Sequence record: DRR378314_1978
Direction: 5' to 3' (one strand)
Length of the DNA stretch: 37,349 bases
Notes under the pieces: generated by a model
What the model saw: only the letters and a program-made list of their open reading frames with translations
The model's database searches: none
Told to the model about the DNA's origin: nothing
Made by a program: the position numbers and the translations under genes
Shown here: positions 25,894 through 36,330 of the stretch, piece after piece
Position numbering within the stretch: the stretch's first letter is position 1
Layout of the letters: every line of letters begins with the position of its first letter

Positions 25894-27186
25894 ATGTCTG
25901 ATGGCCCCACTTACGGTTTCGACACTCTGCAAATTCACGCCGGTGCCCGCCCTGATCCCGCAACAGGCGCGCGCCAGACACCGATTTACCAGACTACCGC
26001 GTATGTGTTCCGTGATGCCGATCACGCCGCAGCTTTATTCAATCTGCAGGAAGTGGGGTTCATTTATTCCCGCCTGACCAACCCGACTGTAGCAGTTCTG
26101 CAAGAACGTGTGGCGACCCTTGAAGGTGGCGTTGGCGCGGTTTGCTGTTCATCCGGTCACGCGGCACAGATCATGGCCCTGTTCCCACTGATGGGACCGG
26201 GCTGCAACGTTGTCGCCTCAACCCGTCTTTACGGCGGCACCGTCACGCAGTTCAGCCAAACCATCAAACGCTTTGGCTGGTCGGCCAAGTTCGTCGACAC
26301 CGATGATCTCGACGCTGTGAAGGACGCGATCGACGAGAACACCCGCGCCGTATTCTGCGAATCCATCGCCAACCCCGGCGGCTATGTCACCGATATCCGC
26401 GCTTTGGCCGACGTGTCAGATGCGGCTGGCATTCCGCTCATCGTCGACAACACCTCGGCCACGCCTTACCTGTGCCGCCCGATCGAGCACGGCGCGACCC
26501 TGGTGGTGCATTCGACGACAAAATACCTGACCGGCAATGGCACCGTCACCGGTGGCTGCATTGTAGATTCGGGCAAGTTCGACTGGTCGGCGAATGACAA
26601 GTTCCCGTCGCTCAGCGAACCCGAACCTGCCTATCACGGCCTGAAGTTTCACGAGACCTTCGGCCCGCTGGCCTTCACCTTCCACGGCATCGCAATCGGC
26701 CTGCGTGATCTGGGCATGACGATGAACCCACAGGCGGCGCACTACACGCTGATGGGGATCGAAACCCTGTCCTTGCGGATGGAACGCCACGTTGAGAATG
26801 CGCAAAAGATCGCGGCCTGGCTCGAAGCGGATGATCGCGTAGATTACGTGACCTACGCGGGCCTGCCTTCGTCGCCCTATTCAGATCGGGTCAAGGCGCA
26901 TTACCCGCGCGGGGCCGGTGCCTTGTTCACTTTTGCGGTGAAGGGCGGCTATGACGCCTGCATCAAGCTGGTTAACGCACTTGAGATATTCAGCCATGTT
27001 GCCAATCTCGGCGATGCACGATCGCTGATCATTCACTCGGCCTCGACCACGCACCGTCAATTGACACCCGAGCAGCAAGAGGCAGCCGGGGCCGGACCGG
27101 GCGTTGTGCGCGTGTCCATCGGGATCGAGGATGCGGACGACCTGATCGCCGATCTGGATCAGGCCCTTTCCAAAGCGAGCGCATAG
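25894..27186 (+). CDS. metY: O-acetylhomoserine/O-acetylserine sulfhydrylase
   Basis: PIYQTT, YSRLTNPT, LIVDNT, PLP lysine in HSTTKY, HVANLGD, STTHRQL; CAGGAG RBS. Confidence 0.9.
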   Translation: MSDGPTYGFDTLQIHAGARPDPATGARQTPIYQTTAYVFRDADHAAALFNLQEVGFIYSRLTNPTVAVLQERVATLEGGVGAVCCSSGHAAQIMALFPLMGPGCNVVASTRLYGGTVTQFSQTIKRFGWSAKFVDTDDLDAVKDAIDENTRAVFCESIANPGGYVTDIRALADVSDAAGIPLIVDNTSATPYLCRPIEHGATLVVHSTTKYLTGNGTVTGGCIVDSGKFDWSANDKFPSLSEPEPAYHGLKFHETFGPLAFTFHGIAIGLRDLGMTMNPQAAHYTLMGIETLSLRMERHVENAQKIAAWLEADDRVDYVTYAGLPSSPYSDRVKAHYPRGAGALFTFAVKGGYDACIKLVNALEIFSHVANLGDARSLIIHSASTTHRQLTPEQQEAAGAGPGVVRVSIGIEDADDLIADLDQALSKASA

Positions 27187-27190
27187 TTCG

Positions 27191-27901
27191 ATGCCAACGC
27201 ACAACATAAACGAATTGGGTCAACCCATCGGATTACCGGTCACGGGCGAGTTCCCTCGCCCAACGCCGTATTACACACCGATGCAGGGCCGGTTCTGTTC
27301 CGTTGTGCCCTTGGATGTAAACAGGCATGCGCCCGGCTTGTACCGGGCGTTTGCCAATGACACGGACGGCCGCAACTGGACCTATCTGCCCTATGGCCCG
27401 TTCAAGTCCGAGGCTGAGTTCATCGAATGGACGCAGACCAACTGCATGGATGCCGACCCGATGTTCCACACCGTACTGGATGCCGATGAAACCCCGGTCG
27501 GGATGGCATCATACCTACGCGTAGAACCTGCGGCAGGTGCGATCGAAGTGGGCCATATCCATTTTTCACCCCTGCTCCAGCGTAAGCCGCAATCAACCGA
27601 AGTAATGTATCTGATGATGCGCCGCGTGTTCGACGAATTGGGCTATCGCCGCTATGAATGGAAATGCGATGCACTGAACGCGCCTTCGCGGCGGGCGGCT
27701 GAGCGTTTGGGTTTTACGTTCGAAGGCATATTCCGACAAGCGACGCATTACAAAGGACGTAACCGGGATACTGCGTGGTTCTCAATCATCGACAACGAGT
27801 GGCCGCGCATTCGTGCCGCGTTCGAGAACTGGCTGGCGCCCGGAAATTTCGATTCTGCGGGCCAGCAGCGCCAAGCCCTGCAAGCCCGCGCGGACACATA
27901 G
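27191..27901 (+). CDS. GNAT N-acetyltransferase, RimJ/RimL type
   Basis: IEVGHI, LGYRRYEWKC..LN.PS..AA.RLGF.FEG.FRQ, GRNRDTAW. Confidence 0.88.
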   Translation: MPTHNINELGQPIGLPVTGEFPRPTPYYTPMQGRFCSVVPLDVNRHAPGLYRAFANDTDGRNWTYLPYGPFKSEAEFIEWTQTNCMDADPMFHTVLDADETPVGMASYLRVEPAAGAIEVGHIHFSPLLQRKPQSTEVMYLMMRRVFDELGYRRYEWKCDALNAPSRRAAERLGFTFEGIFRQATHYKGRNRDTAWFSIIDNEWPRIRAAFENWLAPGNFDSAGQQRQALQARADT

Positions 27902-27902
27902 G

Positions 27903-28598
27903 TTAATCCGCGATCTCGAATTCCATCGCGATGTTGACCGAAACGGAAATCTCTCCGCCCGCGACCGGAACGCCTCCGGCGTCCGACATAGCCATTTCAC
28001 GCATCTGAGCCATCGGACGGACACCGCCGCCGTGATCGTTGATCGATATCACTTGGCCTAATGCAACCCCGGACGCCTCGGCCAATTGTTGCGCCTTCTC
28101 AGACGCATCTGCTACGGCCTTGGCCCGCGCTTCAGCCTCTAGGGGTTTGGGTTCCTGAACACCAAAGCTGAGGCCGCCGAAATCATTGGCGCCGTCCTTG
28201 ATGACTGCATCCATAATCTGGCCCAGATTATCCAAATCCCGCACCCGAACCGAAACTCGATTGGATGCAGTGAAACCGGTGATCTTTGGTGCTTCGCTGC
28301 TTGAGCTACTGCGCCCCGACCAGACCGGGGAAAGCGAAAGATCGCGCGTCTGTACATCACGGGCTTCCAAACCCATCTCATCCAGTCGTCTGAGTATCTG
28401 GGTCACGGCATCAGACGTCGCCTGCATCGCCACCGATGCCTGCGCGTCCTGATTGGTTACGCCCAGGGTTATCGTCGCCATATCGGGTACTGCCAACGCA
28501 GTTCCGGTTCCACTGACGGTGATGCGACGTTCTTCCGCATAGGCGGGCAGCGCCGCGACGGCTGCAGTGATTGCGGCCAAAAAAGCAAGTGTCTTCAA
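27903..28598 (-). CDS. SIMPL domain (DUF541/BP26-like) periplasmic protein
   Basis: Signal peptide, ITVSGTG...PDMA, AVADA..KA.QLA.A.GV.LG; GAGGAGG RBS before TTG start. Confidence 0.88.
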   Translation of the reverse strand: MKTLAFLAAITAAVAALPAYAEERRITVSGTGTALAVPDMATITLGVTNQDAQASVAMQATSDAVTQILRRLDEMGLEARDVQTRDLSLSPVWSGRSSSSSEAPKITGFTASNRVSVRVRDLDNLGQIMDAVIKDGANDFGGLSFGVQEPKPLEAEARAKAVADASEKAQQLAEASGVALGQVISINDHGGGVRPMAQMREMAMSDAGGVPVAGGEISVSVNIAMEFEIAD

Positions 28599-28762
28599 GG
28601 TGATCCCTCCTCAGTGCTTGCCCATAAGATGGGTTGTGACGTCGGTACACGGCAAGGGGGAAACGCGCCTTTTTCTTTCCCTCGGCGGGTTCCTGCTCTA
28701 ATCTCGTTGGGCAGACATCCAAGCGTTTGCATATAAGTCGACAATTATGGTTCATCCCGATT

Positions 28763-30682
28763 ATGAAACCCGCCTTTGCGCTGTCATTTTCTGAAAACGG
28801 AATTTCCTTGCATCACCAGTCGGATGGAGACTGGTACTGCATTGGCACTGTTCCGTTGGATGCGCCGGATTTCACAGACCAGATGCAAGCCCTGCGGGAT
28901 CAGGGATTCGCGCTGGAAAATGATCTGGGCTGCAAGCTTGTGGTTCCATCGGAACAGGTGCGTCTTTTGACGATCGATACCGATGGCTTGGATGATGAAG
29001 CGGCATCGCAGAAGGTTGAGGATACGCTGGCCTCGGCCACTCCATACAAATTGTCCGAACTGACATTTGTCGCGACGCCGGATGGTACAAACATTCATGT
29101 CGCCGCCGTCGCGCAACAGACGTTGGCCGAGGCAAGCGCGTTCGCCGTCGAACATGGCTTCATCCCCGCGGGGTTCTGGCTCAGCGCAACAGATGAAGAC
29201 GCACTAACAGGCCCCGTCCACGAATTGCCTGTGTCCGAGGTGGAAACCCAGCCGGTTGCGATCAGCCCCGCTCCGACAACCGAAGCACCGGCCCCCCCGC
29301 CCGGTGAAACACCGGAAGTGCCCGTTCATCCGATCGCGGATGCACCAGATCCAGCCGCTTTCCGCCCCGCCCTAAGCGCAATACCGTCACCTGCGGTACC
29401 GACCGTAGATTTTAAAAGGTATGTTTTTCCAGCGGTTGCCGCGTCTGTTCTTTTAGGCATGGTACTTGGGATCTGGTCCCTGAACCGAAACGAAACCACA
29501 ATCGAGACGTCAGAGCCAGCAACGGCCCAAGCGCCTGAGCCAGAGCCAGAGCAGGATGTTGCAGAGACGAGCGAGCCCAGCCCGCCAGATGTCGCAGAAT
29601 TGGCGACCGAACCCGAGCCTGTGGAACCGGTCCCTGACGATGAAACCGAGCTGTCGGCAACGGATGAAGCCATTCTTGAGGCGCTGAAAGTCGAACCCGA
29701 GCCAGTTGAAGAAATTTCTGGCTTGCCGGATGCCGAGGTAGAATTTCAGGAATTCACTGGGGCCATACCCGTTGAACCTGTTGCACTGGTCGAGCCAGAG
29801 CAAGAGCAGCTTGCTGACAGTTATCTAACCTCGGTTGATCGCGCTGATCTTTCGACCGACACTGTGGCGCTGCCCCCGATAGGCGGTCTCGACACCGACG
29901 AACCCTTTGAACTGACGGCGTTGCCAGGGGTTGCGGGTCAAAGATTCGAGCTGGATGAACGTGGATTAGTCACCCCCAGTACCGAAGGTACACTCAACCC
30001 GGCGGGTGTGATGGTTTATCTGGGTCGCCCATCGTCGGTCCCGCCCGAACCGCCAACCCGGTTCGAGACCGAGCCCGTTGTTGTCGAAGAGGTGGACGAG
30101 AGGCTTGCCGCAATCCGCCCCCGTCCACGGCCTGAAAACCTTGTCGAACAGTTCGAGCGGCAGCAACTGGGTGGCCGGTCGCGCCAGGAACTAGCATCGG
30201 TGCGGCCCAAATTGCGGCCCGAAAGCCTGCAATCCAAACCAGAGATTGACGAAACACCCACGGCTTTGGCCGTTGTCCGTGTTCCCAGGCCCAAAACGCG
30301 CCCTGCGAATATCGCAGCGTTGGTTGTAAAAAAACCAAGCGAAGGAAGCGCGCCGCTTGGGTCAACCGCAAACGTGGCAGCCAACAATGACGAGGTGGGT
30401 TCGTTCCAGCCAAGGGCGGTCCAGCCCAAGATTCCGACAACCGCGTCGGTTGCGCGTCAGGCGACCATCGACAATGCGATCAATCTGCGCAAACTCAACC
30501 TGATTGGAGTGTATGGCACCCCGGCCAATCGCCGTGCATTGGTGCGCTTGCCCAGCGGACGCTATAAAAAGCTGAAAGTGGGTGATCGCATCGACGGCGG
30601 CAATGTAGTCGCGATCGGCGACAGCGAACTGCGTTATCAGAAACGTGGAAAGAACATCACGCTTAAGATGCCGCGCGGATAA
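28763..30682 (+). CDS. Large bitopic Pro/Glu-rich hypothetical protein with a PilP/GspC-like C-terminal domain
   Basis: 639 aa ORF from MKPAFALSF, single TM segment, acidic linker, RPxxRP repeats, C-terminal LNLIGVYG...RALVR...VGD.IDGG.V.AI. Confidence 0.75.
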   Translation: MKPAFALSFSENGISLHHQSDGDWYCIGTVPLDAPDFTDQMQALRDQGFALENDLGCKLVVPSEQVRLLTIDTDGLDDEAASQKVEDTLASATPYKLSELTFVATPDGTNIHVAAVAQQTLAEASAFAVEHGFIPAGFWLSATDEDALTGPVHELPVSEVETQPVAISPAPTTEAPAPPPGETPEVPVHPIADAPDPAAFRPALSAIPSPAVPTVDFKRYVFPAVAASVLLGMVLGIWSLNRNETTIETSEPATAQAPEPEPEQDVAETSEPSPPDVAELATEPEPVEPVPDDETELSATDEAILEALKVEPEPVEEISGLPDAEVEFQEFTGAIPVEPVALVEPEQEQLADSYLTSVDRADLSTDTVALPPIGGLDTDEPFELTALPGVAGQRFELDERGLVTPSTEGTLNPAGVMVYLGRPSSVPPEPPTRFETEPVVVEEVDERLAAIRPRPRPENLVEQFERQQLGGRSRQELASVRPKLRPESLQSKPEIDETPTALAVVRVPRPKTRPANIAALVVKKPSEGSAPLGSTANVAANNDEVGSFQPRAVQPKIPTTASVARQATIDNAINLRKLNLIGVYGTPANRRALVRLPSGRYKKLKVGDRIDGGNVVAIGDSELRYQKRGKNITLKMPRG

Positions 30683-30688
30683 CCGCCC

Positions 30689-30728
30689 AAAAAAACAGAG
30701 CGCCATGTCGGGCAGACACAGCGCTCTG
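30689..30728 (-). terminator. Terminator of hppD (between convergent genes)
   Basis: CAGAGCGC...GCGCTCTG stem with a minus-strand T7 tail. Confidence 0.7.
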
Positions 30729-30748
30729 GTGCAGTTGTTGATCTGTAA

Positions 30749-31846
30749 TCAGGCAGCCGAAATTTCACCCGATTCAATTTGCTCGCGCTCGATGGATTCG
30801 AACAGGGCTTTGAAATTGCCTTCGCCAAACCCGTCATCGCCTTTGCGCTGAATGAACTCGAAAAAGATCGGGCCAATCACGGTTTTTGAGAATATCTGCA
30901 GCAGGATCTTGGTCTCACCGCCATCGACGACACCCTCGCCGTCGATCAATATGCCGTGCTTCATCATCAGATCTTTGGGCTCATCATGGCCAGACACGCG
31001 GTCGAAGGACATATCATAATAGGCCTCATTCGGACCGGGCATGAATTTGAGCCCCTTCTCGGCAATCGCATCCGTTGAGCTGTAGATGTCGTCACTACCC
31101 ACCGCAATGTGCTGAATACCCTCACCTTTATACTTCTTCAGGTAGGACACGATCTGCCCGGTCTCACCCCGGTCTTCGTTGATCGGTATGCGGATACGCC
31201 CGCAAGGTGAGGTCAGCGCACGGCTTAGAAGGCCAGTGTGCTTACCCTGAATATCAAAGAATCGGATTTCGCGGAAATTGAACAAGTCGCCGTAGAATTT
31301 GAACCACTTATCCATGTTGCCCTTGAAGACGTTATGGGTCAGGTGATCGAGATAATAGAAGCCATCCCCGCGCGGCTTGGACTGTTCCAGCCACTCAAAC
31401 TCCTCATTATAGGGCGAGGTGTCGTAATACTGATCGATGAAATATAGCAACGAACCGCCGATGCCTTTGATGGCCGGAACATTCATTGTCTTGTCGGCAC
31501 CGTCATAGGGCTCGGCCCCTTTGGCAATTGCGTGTTCATAGGCCTTTTGCGCATCCACGACGCGCCAACCCATCGACGGGGCGCAGGGGCCATGCTCGGC
31601 CACGAACTTGGCTGCAAAACTGTCGGGGTCCGCGTTCAGAATATAGGTGACGTCGCCTTGCTGCCACAGCTCGACCTTGGGCGTGTCGCGATGGTAGCCG
31701 ACGTATTCAAACCCCATTCGCGCGAACAGGTCGCGCAGTTCCTGCGGCTCGGGATGGGCGAATTCGACAAATTCGAACCCATCGGTTCCGGCGGGGTTTT
31801 CATCGCTGATCACAGATTTCGGGGCGTTGTGTGGGAAAGGACCCAT
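30749..31846 (-). CDS. hppD: 4-hydroxyphenylpyruvate dioxygenase
   Basis: DGFEFVEF, DHLTHN, GIQHIA, FFEFIQRKGDDGFGEGNFKALFESIE; GAGGAG RBS before ATG 31846. Confidence 0.96.
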   Translation of the reverse strand: MGPFPHNAPKSVISDENPAGTDGFEFVEFAHPEPQELRDLFARMGFEYVGYHRDTPKVELWQQGDVTYILNADPDSFAAKFVAEHGPCAPSMGWRVVDAQKAYEHAIAKGAEPYDGADKTMNVPAIKGIGGSLLYFIDQYYDTSPYNEEFEWLEQSKPRGDGFYYLDHLTHNVFKGNMDKWFKFYGDLFNFREIRFFDIQGKHTGLLSRALTSPCGRIRIPINEDRGETGQIVSYLKKYKGEGIQHIAVGSDDIYSSTDAIAEKGLKFMPGPNEAYYDMSFDRVSGHDEPKDLMMKHGILIDGEGVVDGGETKILLQIFSKTVIGPIFFEFIQRKGDDGFGEGNFKALFESIEREQIESGEISAA

Positions 31847-31993
31847 GGCGCGTCTCCTCAGAAAACAGGAATTTCTTTGCTGATTCAAAAATACGCCTTA
31901 ATCAACGCTGTTTCTGCGCGTTGTTTTCCTGTAAACTCGGCTTAAGTGCGGAGACACCGCATATTCTGAACAAAAGTTGGAGAATCTCCGCAC

Positions 31994-32449
31994 ATGCTGG
32001 ATGCAACAGACACACGGCTGTTGTCAGCTTTGCAGAAAGACGCTCATCTGACGGCGCATCAGCTGGGCGAGATGCTGAACCTGTCGGCCAGTCAGGCGGG
32101 TCGTCGCCGGCAACGGCTAGAGGCCGAGGGTTATATCACAGGATACACTGCCCGGCTGGACCCATTGAAACTGGGTCTGCAGGTGCAAGGCTTTATTCAG
32201 GTGCATCTGGGCACCCATGGCCCCGCACAATCCGCAAGCTTTGCCCGCATGGTCAACACCCGACCCGAGATTACCAGCGCCTGGACGATGACCGGAGAGG
32301 CAGATTACCTGCTTCACGTCTATTGTGACGACTTATCCGCACTCAACAGCTTGCTTCACGAAGTGATCCTGCCGCATCCTGCGGTGGCACGGGTACAAAG
32401 CCAAATCGTGATGGACCAATTAAAACGCGACGCGCCGCTCCCGACCTGA
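31994..32449 (+). CDS. Lrp/AsnC family regulator divergent from hppD
   Basis: LDATD.RLL..LQ.DA, RLEAEGYITGY.A.LD, MTGEADY. Confidence 0.9.
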   Translation: MLDATDTRLLSALQKDAHLTAHQLGEMLNLSASQAGRRRQRLEAEGYITGYTARLDPLKLGLQVQGFIQVHLGTHGPAQSASFARMVNTRPEITSAWTMTGEADYLLHVYCDDLSALNSLLHEVILPHPAVARVQSQIVMDQLKRDAPLPT

Positions 32450-32469
32450 GCGGATAAGAAAGAACGATA

Positions 32470-34353
32470 ATGAACGAGTTCCTTTATCAGGCATCGATCT
32501 ATCTGGCCGCTGCGGTGATCGCAGTACCACTGTCAGCGCGCCTGGGGCTGGGATCAGTTCTGGGTTATCTGGCCGCCGGAATCGCAATCGGGCCGGTTCT
32601 GGGCCTTGTCGGCGCCGAGACAGAAAGCCTGCAGCATGTCGCCGAGTTCGGCGTTGTTATGATGCTGTTCCTGATCGGGCTGGAACTGGAACCCCGCGCC
32701 TTGTGGGACATGCGCGACAAGCTGTTGGGCCTGGGCGGGTTGCAGGTCGGCCTGTCCACCTTCGCCATTGCAGCGGTTGCGTTTTATGCTGGCCACGCAT
32801 GGTCGGTTGCACTGGCTGTCGGCCTGACCTTATCGCTGTCTTCAACCGCGATCGTCCTGCAAACATTGTCCGAGAGAGGTTTGATGCAAACCAATGGCGG
32901 GCGCGCCACCTTCTCGGTTCTGCTGACGCAGGATATCGCCGTTATCCCAATCCTCGCGTTCCTGCCGCTCCTGGCCCTGCCCGCAAGTATCCATATTGAA
33001 GATGACGGCTCGATCCAGCGCGGACATGGTGCGGCACAAGGCGCGGATCACCACGCCACGCTGTCGCTGGTCGAAGGGTTGCCCGGCTGGGCCGTTACGT
33101 TGGTCACAATCGGAGCGGTTGCCTTTGTCGTATTGGCGGGCATCTATTTAACCCGTCCCTTGTTTCGCTTTATCCACGCCACTCGCCTGCGCGAGATGTA
33201 CACTGCGCTGGCGCTGATGATCGTGGTGGGCATCTCATTCCTGATGACGCTGGTGGGTCTATCCCCTGCCCTTGGGGCGTTTCTGGCTGGTGTCGTTCTG
33301 GCCAGTTCGGAGTTTCGGCACGAAATGGAAAGCGACCTTGAGCCCTTCAAAGGGTTGCTGTTGGGCCTTTTCTTTATCACCGTCGGTGCCGGGATCGATG
33401 TGGGGTACTTCTTCGCTGATCCGTTTGACCTGATCGGTCTGGCCCTTCTGGTGATTCTGGCTAAGGGGATTATTCTGTTCATTGTCGGGCGGGCATTCAA
33501 TCTGCGCGGGCGCGATCACTGGCTGTTCACACTGGGGTTGGCTCAGGCCGGTGAGTTCGGTTTCGTATTGTTGGCGTTTTCGACGCAGCAGAACGTGATC
33601 CCCCCGGGCCTTTCGCAGAAATTGCTGATGATCATCGCGCTGACGATGCTGATCACGCCACTGCTGTTCATTCTCTACGATCTGCTTTCGCGCTACGTCG
33701 GCGATCACAAACCGCAGGTGGAACCGGACCAGATCGACGAGAAAGGTCCGGTTATCATCGCCGGGATCGGCCGGTTTGGGCAGATCGTAAACCGGCTGGT
33801 GCAGGCCAGTGGATTCAAGACAGTGGTCCTAGACCATGACATCGAAACCATCCAGCTAATGCGCCGCTTTGGGGTCAAGGGCTTTCTTGGTGATCCCACA
33901 CGCCCCGAACTGCTACGCGCGGCAGGGATCGACAAGGCCGCTGTCCTTGTTGCGGCTATGGATGACTATAAACAGGTCACGCGACTGGTCGGCTATGCCC
34001 GCCGTCAAAGGCCCGATCTACACATCATCGCCCGGGCCCGCGACCGCACCCATGTCTACGAGCTCTATCAGGCTGGCGCCAATGATATCGTGCGCGAGAT
34101 GTTCGACGGATCGCTACGCGCGGGGCGCTATGTTCTGGAAAATATCGGTCTCAGCGAATACGAGGCCGCACAGGCGGAACAGACGTTCTATCACCATGAT
34201 CGTGGATCGGTCCGCGAACTGGCCGAGCTGTGGATACCCGGCATGCCAACCGCTGAAAACAAGAAGTATATCGAGCGGGCTCGGCAACTGGAAAAAGATC
34301 TGGAAACCGCGCTGCTGGAATTGGCAGAAGAGCACGCAAAAAAATCGGCGTGA
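32470..34353 (+). CDS. kefC: CPA2 monovalent cation:proton antiporter with KTN domain (KefC-like K+ efflux)
   Basis: LGSVLGYL, AEFGVVMMLFLIGLE, SSTAI, TQDIA, QAGEFGF, KTN GIGRFG and GDPTRPELL. Confidence 0.85.
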   Translation: MNEFLYQASIYLAAAVIAVPLSARLGLGSVLGYLAAGIAIGPVLGLVGAETESLQHVAEFGVVMMLFLIGLELEPRALWDMRDKLLGLGGLQVGLSTFAIAAVAFYAGHAWSVALAVGLTLSLSSTAIVLQTLSERGLMQTNGGRATFSVLLTQDIAVIPILAFLPLLALPASIHIEDDGSIQRGHGAAQGADHHATLSLVEGLPGWAVTLVTIGAVAFVVLAGIYLTRPLFRFIHATRLREMYTALALMIVVGISFLMTLVGLSPALGAFLAGVVLASSEFRHEMESDLEPFKGLLLGLFFITVGAGIDVGYFFADPFDLIGLALLVILAKGIILFIVGRAFNLRGRDHWLFTLGLAQAGEFGFVLLAFSTQQNVIPPGLSQKLLMIIALTMLITPLLFILYDLLSRYVGDHKPQVEPDQIDEKGPVIIAGIGRFGQIVNRLVQASGFKTVVLDHDIETIQLMRRFGVKGFLGDPTRPELLRAAGIDKAAVLVAAMDDYKQVTRLVGYARRQRPDLHIIARARDRTHVYELYQAGANDIVREMFDGSLRAGRYVLENIGLSEYEAAQAEQTFYHHDRGSVRELAELWIPGMPTAENKKYIERARQLEKDLETALLELAEEHAKKSA

Positions 34354-34475
34354 TCCACCACTTACCTTTTGGCGTTGCCTTACCAGGCTGGAACACGCTC
34401 TAGCCGCGTCTTCTGTTCAAAAGTACCTCAGGTGGGCCACCCGCTGCGACCGAGACCGCGACCCCTCTCTAAGCT

Positions 34476-35486
34476 TCAGCTGTCCGAGACCCCAGCCTCA
34501 GCAAAGGTAGCCATGCCGGAATGACAGGCCACCGCGCTTTTCAGGATGTTGATTGCCAACGCACCGCCCGATCCTTCACCTAACCGTAGGCCGAGGCTCA
34601 GCAACGGTTCTTTGCCAAGCTTGCCCAGCATCGCCGCATGCGCGCCCTCGGCGCTTTGGTGGCCAGCAACGGCGTGATCGAGAGCCAAGTCAGATACCTG
34701 CGCCAAGCAAGCCGCGGCAGCAGTACAGATGAAGCCGTCCAAAATAACCGGAATGCGCAATACGCGGGCCGCAGCAATGGCCCCCGCCATGGCGGCAATC
34801 TCGCGCCCGCCCAAACAACGCAGGACGTGCAGCCCGTCGCCTTGCCCGTGCAGGGCCACCCCTTCCGCAACGACCCGGGTTTTGTTTGCCAGCCCGGCAT
34901 CATCCACCCCGGTCCCACGTCCGGTCCAGTCGGCGGCGTCACCACCGAACAAAGCGCAGGCGATGGCCGCCGCAGGTGTTGTGTTGCCAATCCCCATCTC
35001 TCCGACAACAAGCAAATCGGCTTTGGTATCAACGGCCTGCCATCCTGTGCGGAGCGCCTGCAGCAGTTCTTCTTCGCTCATCGCCGGACCTTGCGTGAAA
35101 TCCGCAGTTGGGCGGTCCAGTTCAAGCGCATGAACATCCATCTTCGCGCCTGCAGCCTTGGCCAATTGGTTAATTGCTGCGCCACCATGTTCGAAATTCA
35201 GAACCATCTGCACCGTGACCTCAGGTGGAAATGCAGAAACCCCCTGCGCCGTGACACCGTGATTGCCCGCAAACACAATAACCTGAGGCGCGCTGATCTG
35301 AGGCCGCACGTCCCCGCGCCAGCCCGCATACCAAATCGCCAAATCCTCGAGCCGCCCAAGCGCACCAGGCGGTTTGGTCAGTTGGCCATTACGCTCTTCC
35401 GCGCCTTGCGCTGCAGATGTGTCCGGACGGGTCGCGCCGGTCAGCGCGTCGCGGAAACTGTTCAGATCGTTGAGTTCAGGCAGCAT
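34476..35486 (-). CDS. cobT: Nicotinate-nucleotide--dimethylbenzimidazole phosphoribosyltransferase
   Basis: [46 protein letters not shown]; start taken at MLPEL (35486). Confidence 0.94.
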   Translation of the reverse strand: MLPELNDLNSFRDALTGATRPDTSAAQGAEERNGQLTKPPGALGRLEDLAIWYAGWRGDVRPQISAPQVIVFAGNHGVTAQGVSAFPPEVTVQMVLNFEHGGAAINQLAKAAGAKMDVHALELDRPTADFTQGPAMSEEELLQALRTGWQAVDTKADLLVVGEMGIGNTTPAAAIACALFGGDAADWTGRGTGVDDAGLANKTRVVAEGVALHGQGDGLHVLRCLGGREIAAMAGAIAAARVLRIPVILDGFICTAAAACLAQVSDLALDHAVAGHQSAEGAHAAMLGKLGKEPLLSLGLRLGEGSGGALAINILKSAVACHSGMATFAEAGVSDS

Positions 35487-35565
35487 TGAAAGCCTCGTTG
35501 CATCAGAGTGGTCCTGCGTGTTTAACCAAAGTTGGCAAAGCAACAAGACCCTGAAAGGCCTGGGA

Positions 35566-36330
35566 GTGACCAAAAACGACACCGCCCCTATTTCCATGTG
35601 GGATATTCCTGTGGCCTTGGTCCTGCTGACCCGGTTGCCCTTGCCGCGCCTGCCCAAAAATGCGTTTGCCCGACAGTCGCGCGCCACATGGGCTTTTCCC
35701 GTCGTGGGTCTCATCGTTGGTGCACTTGCATGTGGTATTGCATGGGTAGCAATCTGGGCGCAGTTGCCCGCCTTTGCGGTCGCAGGCCTGATCGTTGGCG
35801 TGCTGATCATCACGACAGGGGCCATGCACGAGGATGGATTGGCCGACACCGTCGACGGGCTTTGGGGAGGGTTCACGGCAGAACGGCGGCTTGAGATCAT
35901 GAAAGACAGCCATATCGGTACCTACGGCGTGCTGGCATTGCTGCTATCTCAGCTTCTTCGGGTCACTGCCATAGCAGCCCTTGTTGGTGCTGAGCTGATG
36001 ACAGGTGTGCTGGCTGCATGTGTATTTTCCCGAGCCCTCATGCCTGCGTTGATGAACGTGCTTGAAAATGCCCGGCATTCAGGGCTGAGCCATTCGGTTG
36101 GCGCGCCGCCAGTAACTGCAGTTCTGATCGGTTTGATGTTGGCGGCAGTGCTTGCTTTGGGGTTGTTGGGCGGCCTCGCGTTGGTCCCTATGCTTTTTGC
36201 AATGATCGCCTGCGGGATTGTGGCCAAGATCGCAAAAGCCAAGATCGGAGGCCAAACCGGTGACATTCTGGGGGCCACACAACAGGTTTGCGAAATCACA
36301 TTTTTGCTGACGCTAGTCGCACTGATCTAA
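35566..36330 (+). CDS. cobS: Adenosylcobinamide-GDP ribazoletransferase (cobalamin synthase); start GTG 35566 or ATG 35596
   Basis: [41 protein letters not shown]. Confidence 0.93.
   Translation: MTKNDTAPISMWDIPVALVLLTRLPLPRLPKNAFARQSRATWAFPVVGLIVGALACGIAWVAIWAQLPAFAVAGLIVGVLIITTGAMHEDGLADTVDGLWGGFTAERRLEIMKDSHIGTYGVLALLLSQLLRVTAIAALVGAELMTGVLAACVFSRALMPALMNVLENARHSGLSHSVGAPPVTAVLIGLMLAAVLALGLLGGLALVPMLFAMIACGIVAKIAKAKIGGQTGDILGATQQVCEITFLLTLVALI

Noticed and set aside
29537-29553. GAGCCA tandem repeats
   Set aside because: They only encode a Glu-Pro low-complexity linker; too short for a contingency locus or array
4032-35489. Long antisense ORFs (e.g. 4032-4844, 8003-8824, 17692-18564, 25024-25752, 34638-35489)
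   Set aside because: They lie opposite well-supported genes and have no recognisable motifs; such shadow ORFs are expected in GC-rich coding DNA
35487-35565. Cobalamin riboswitch at cobT/cobS
   Set aside because: The divergent spacer is only about 80 nt and lacks a B12 box
14245-35900. Long N-terminal extensions in the ORF track (starts at 15579, 24493, 35374, 35900, also 11693 and 5768)
   Set aside because: They overlap neighbouring genes; internal starts with an RBS, stop/start coupling or the expected family N-terminus fit better
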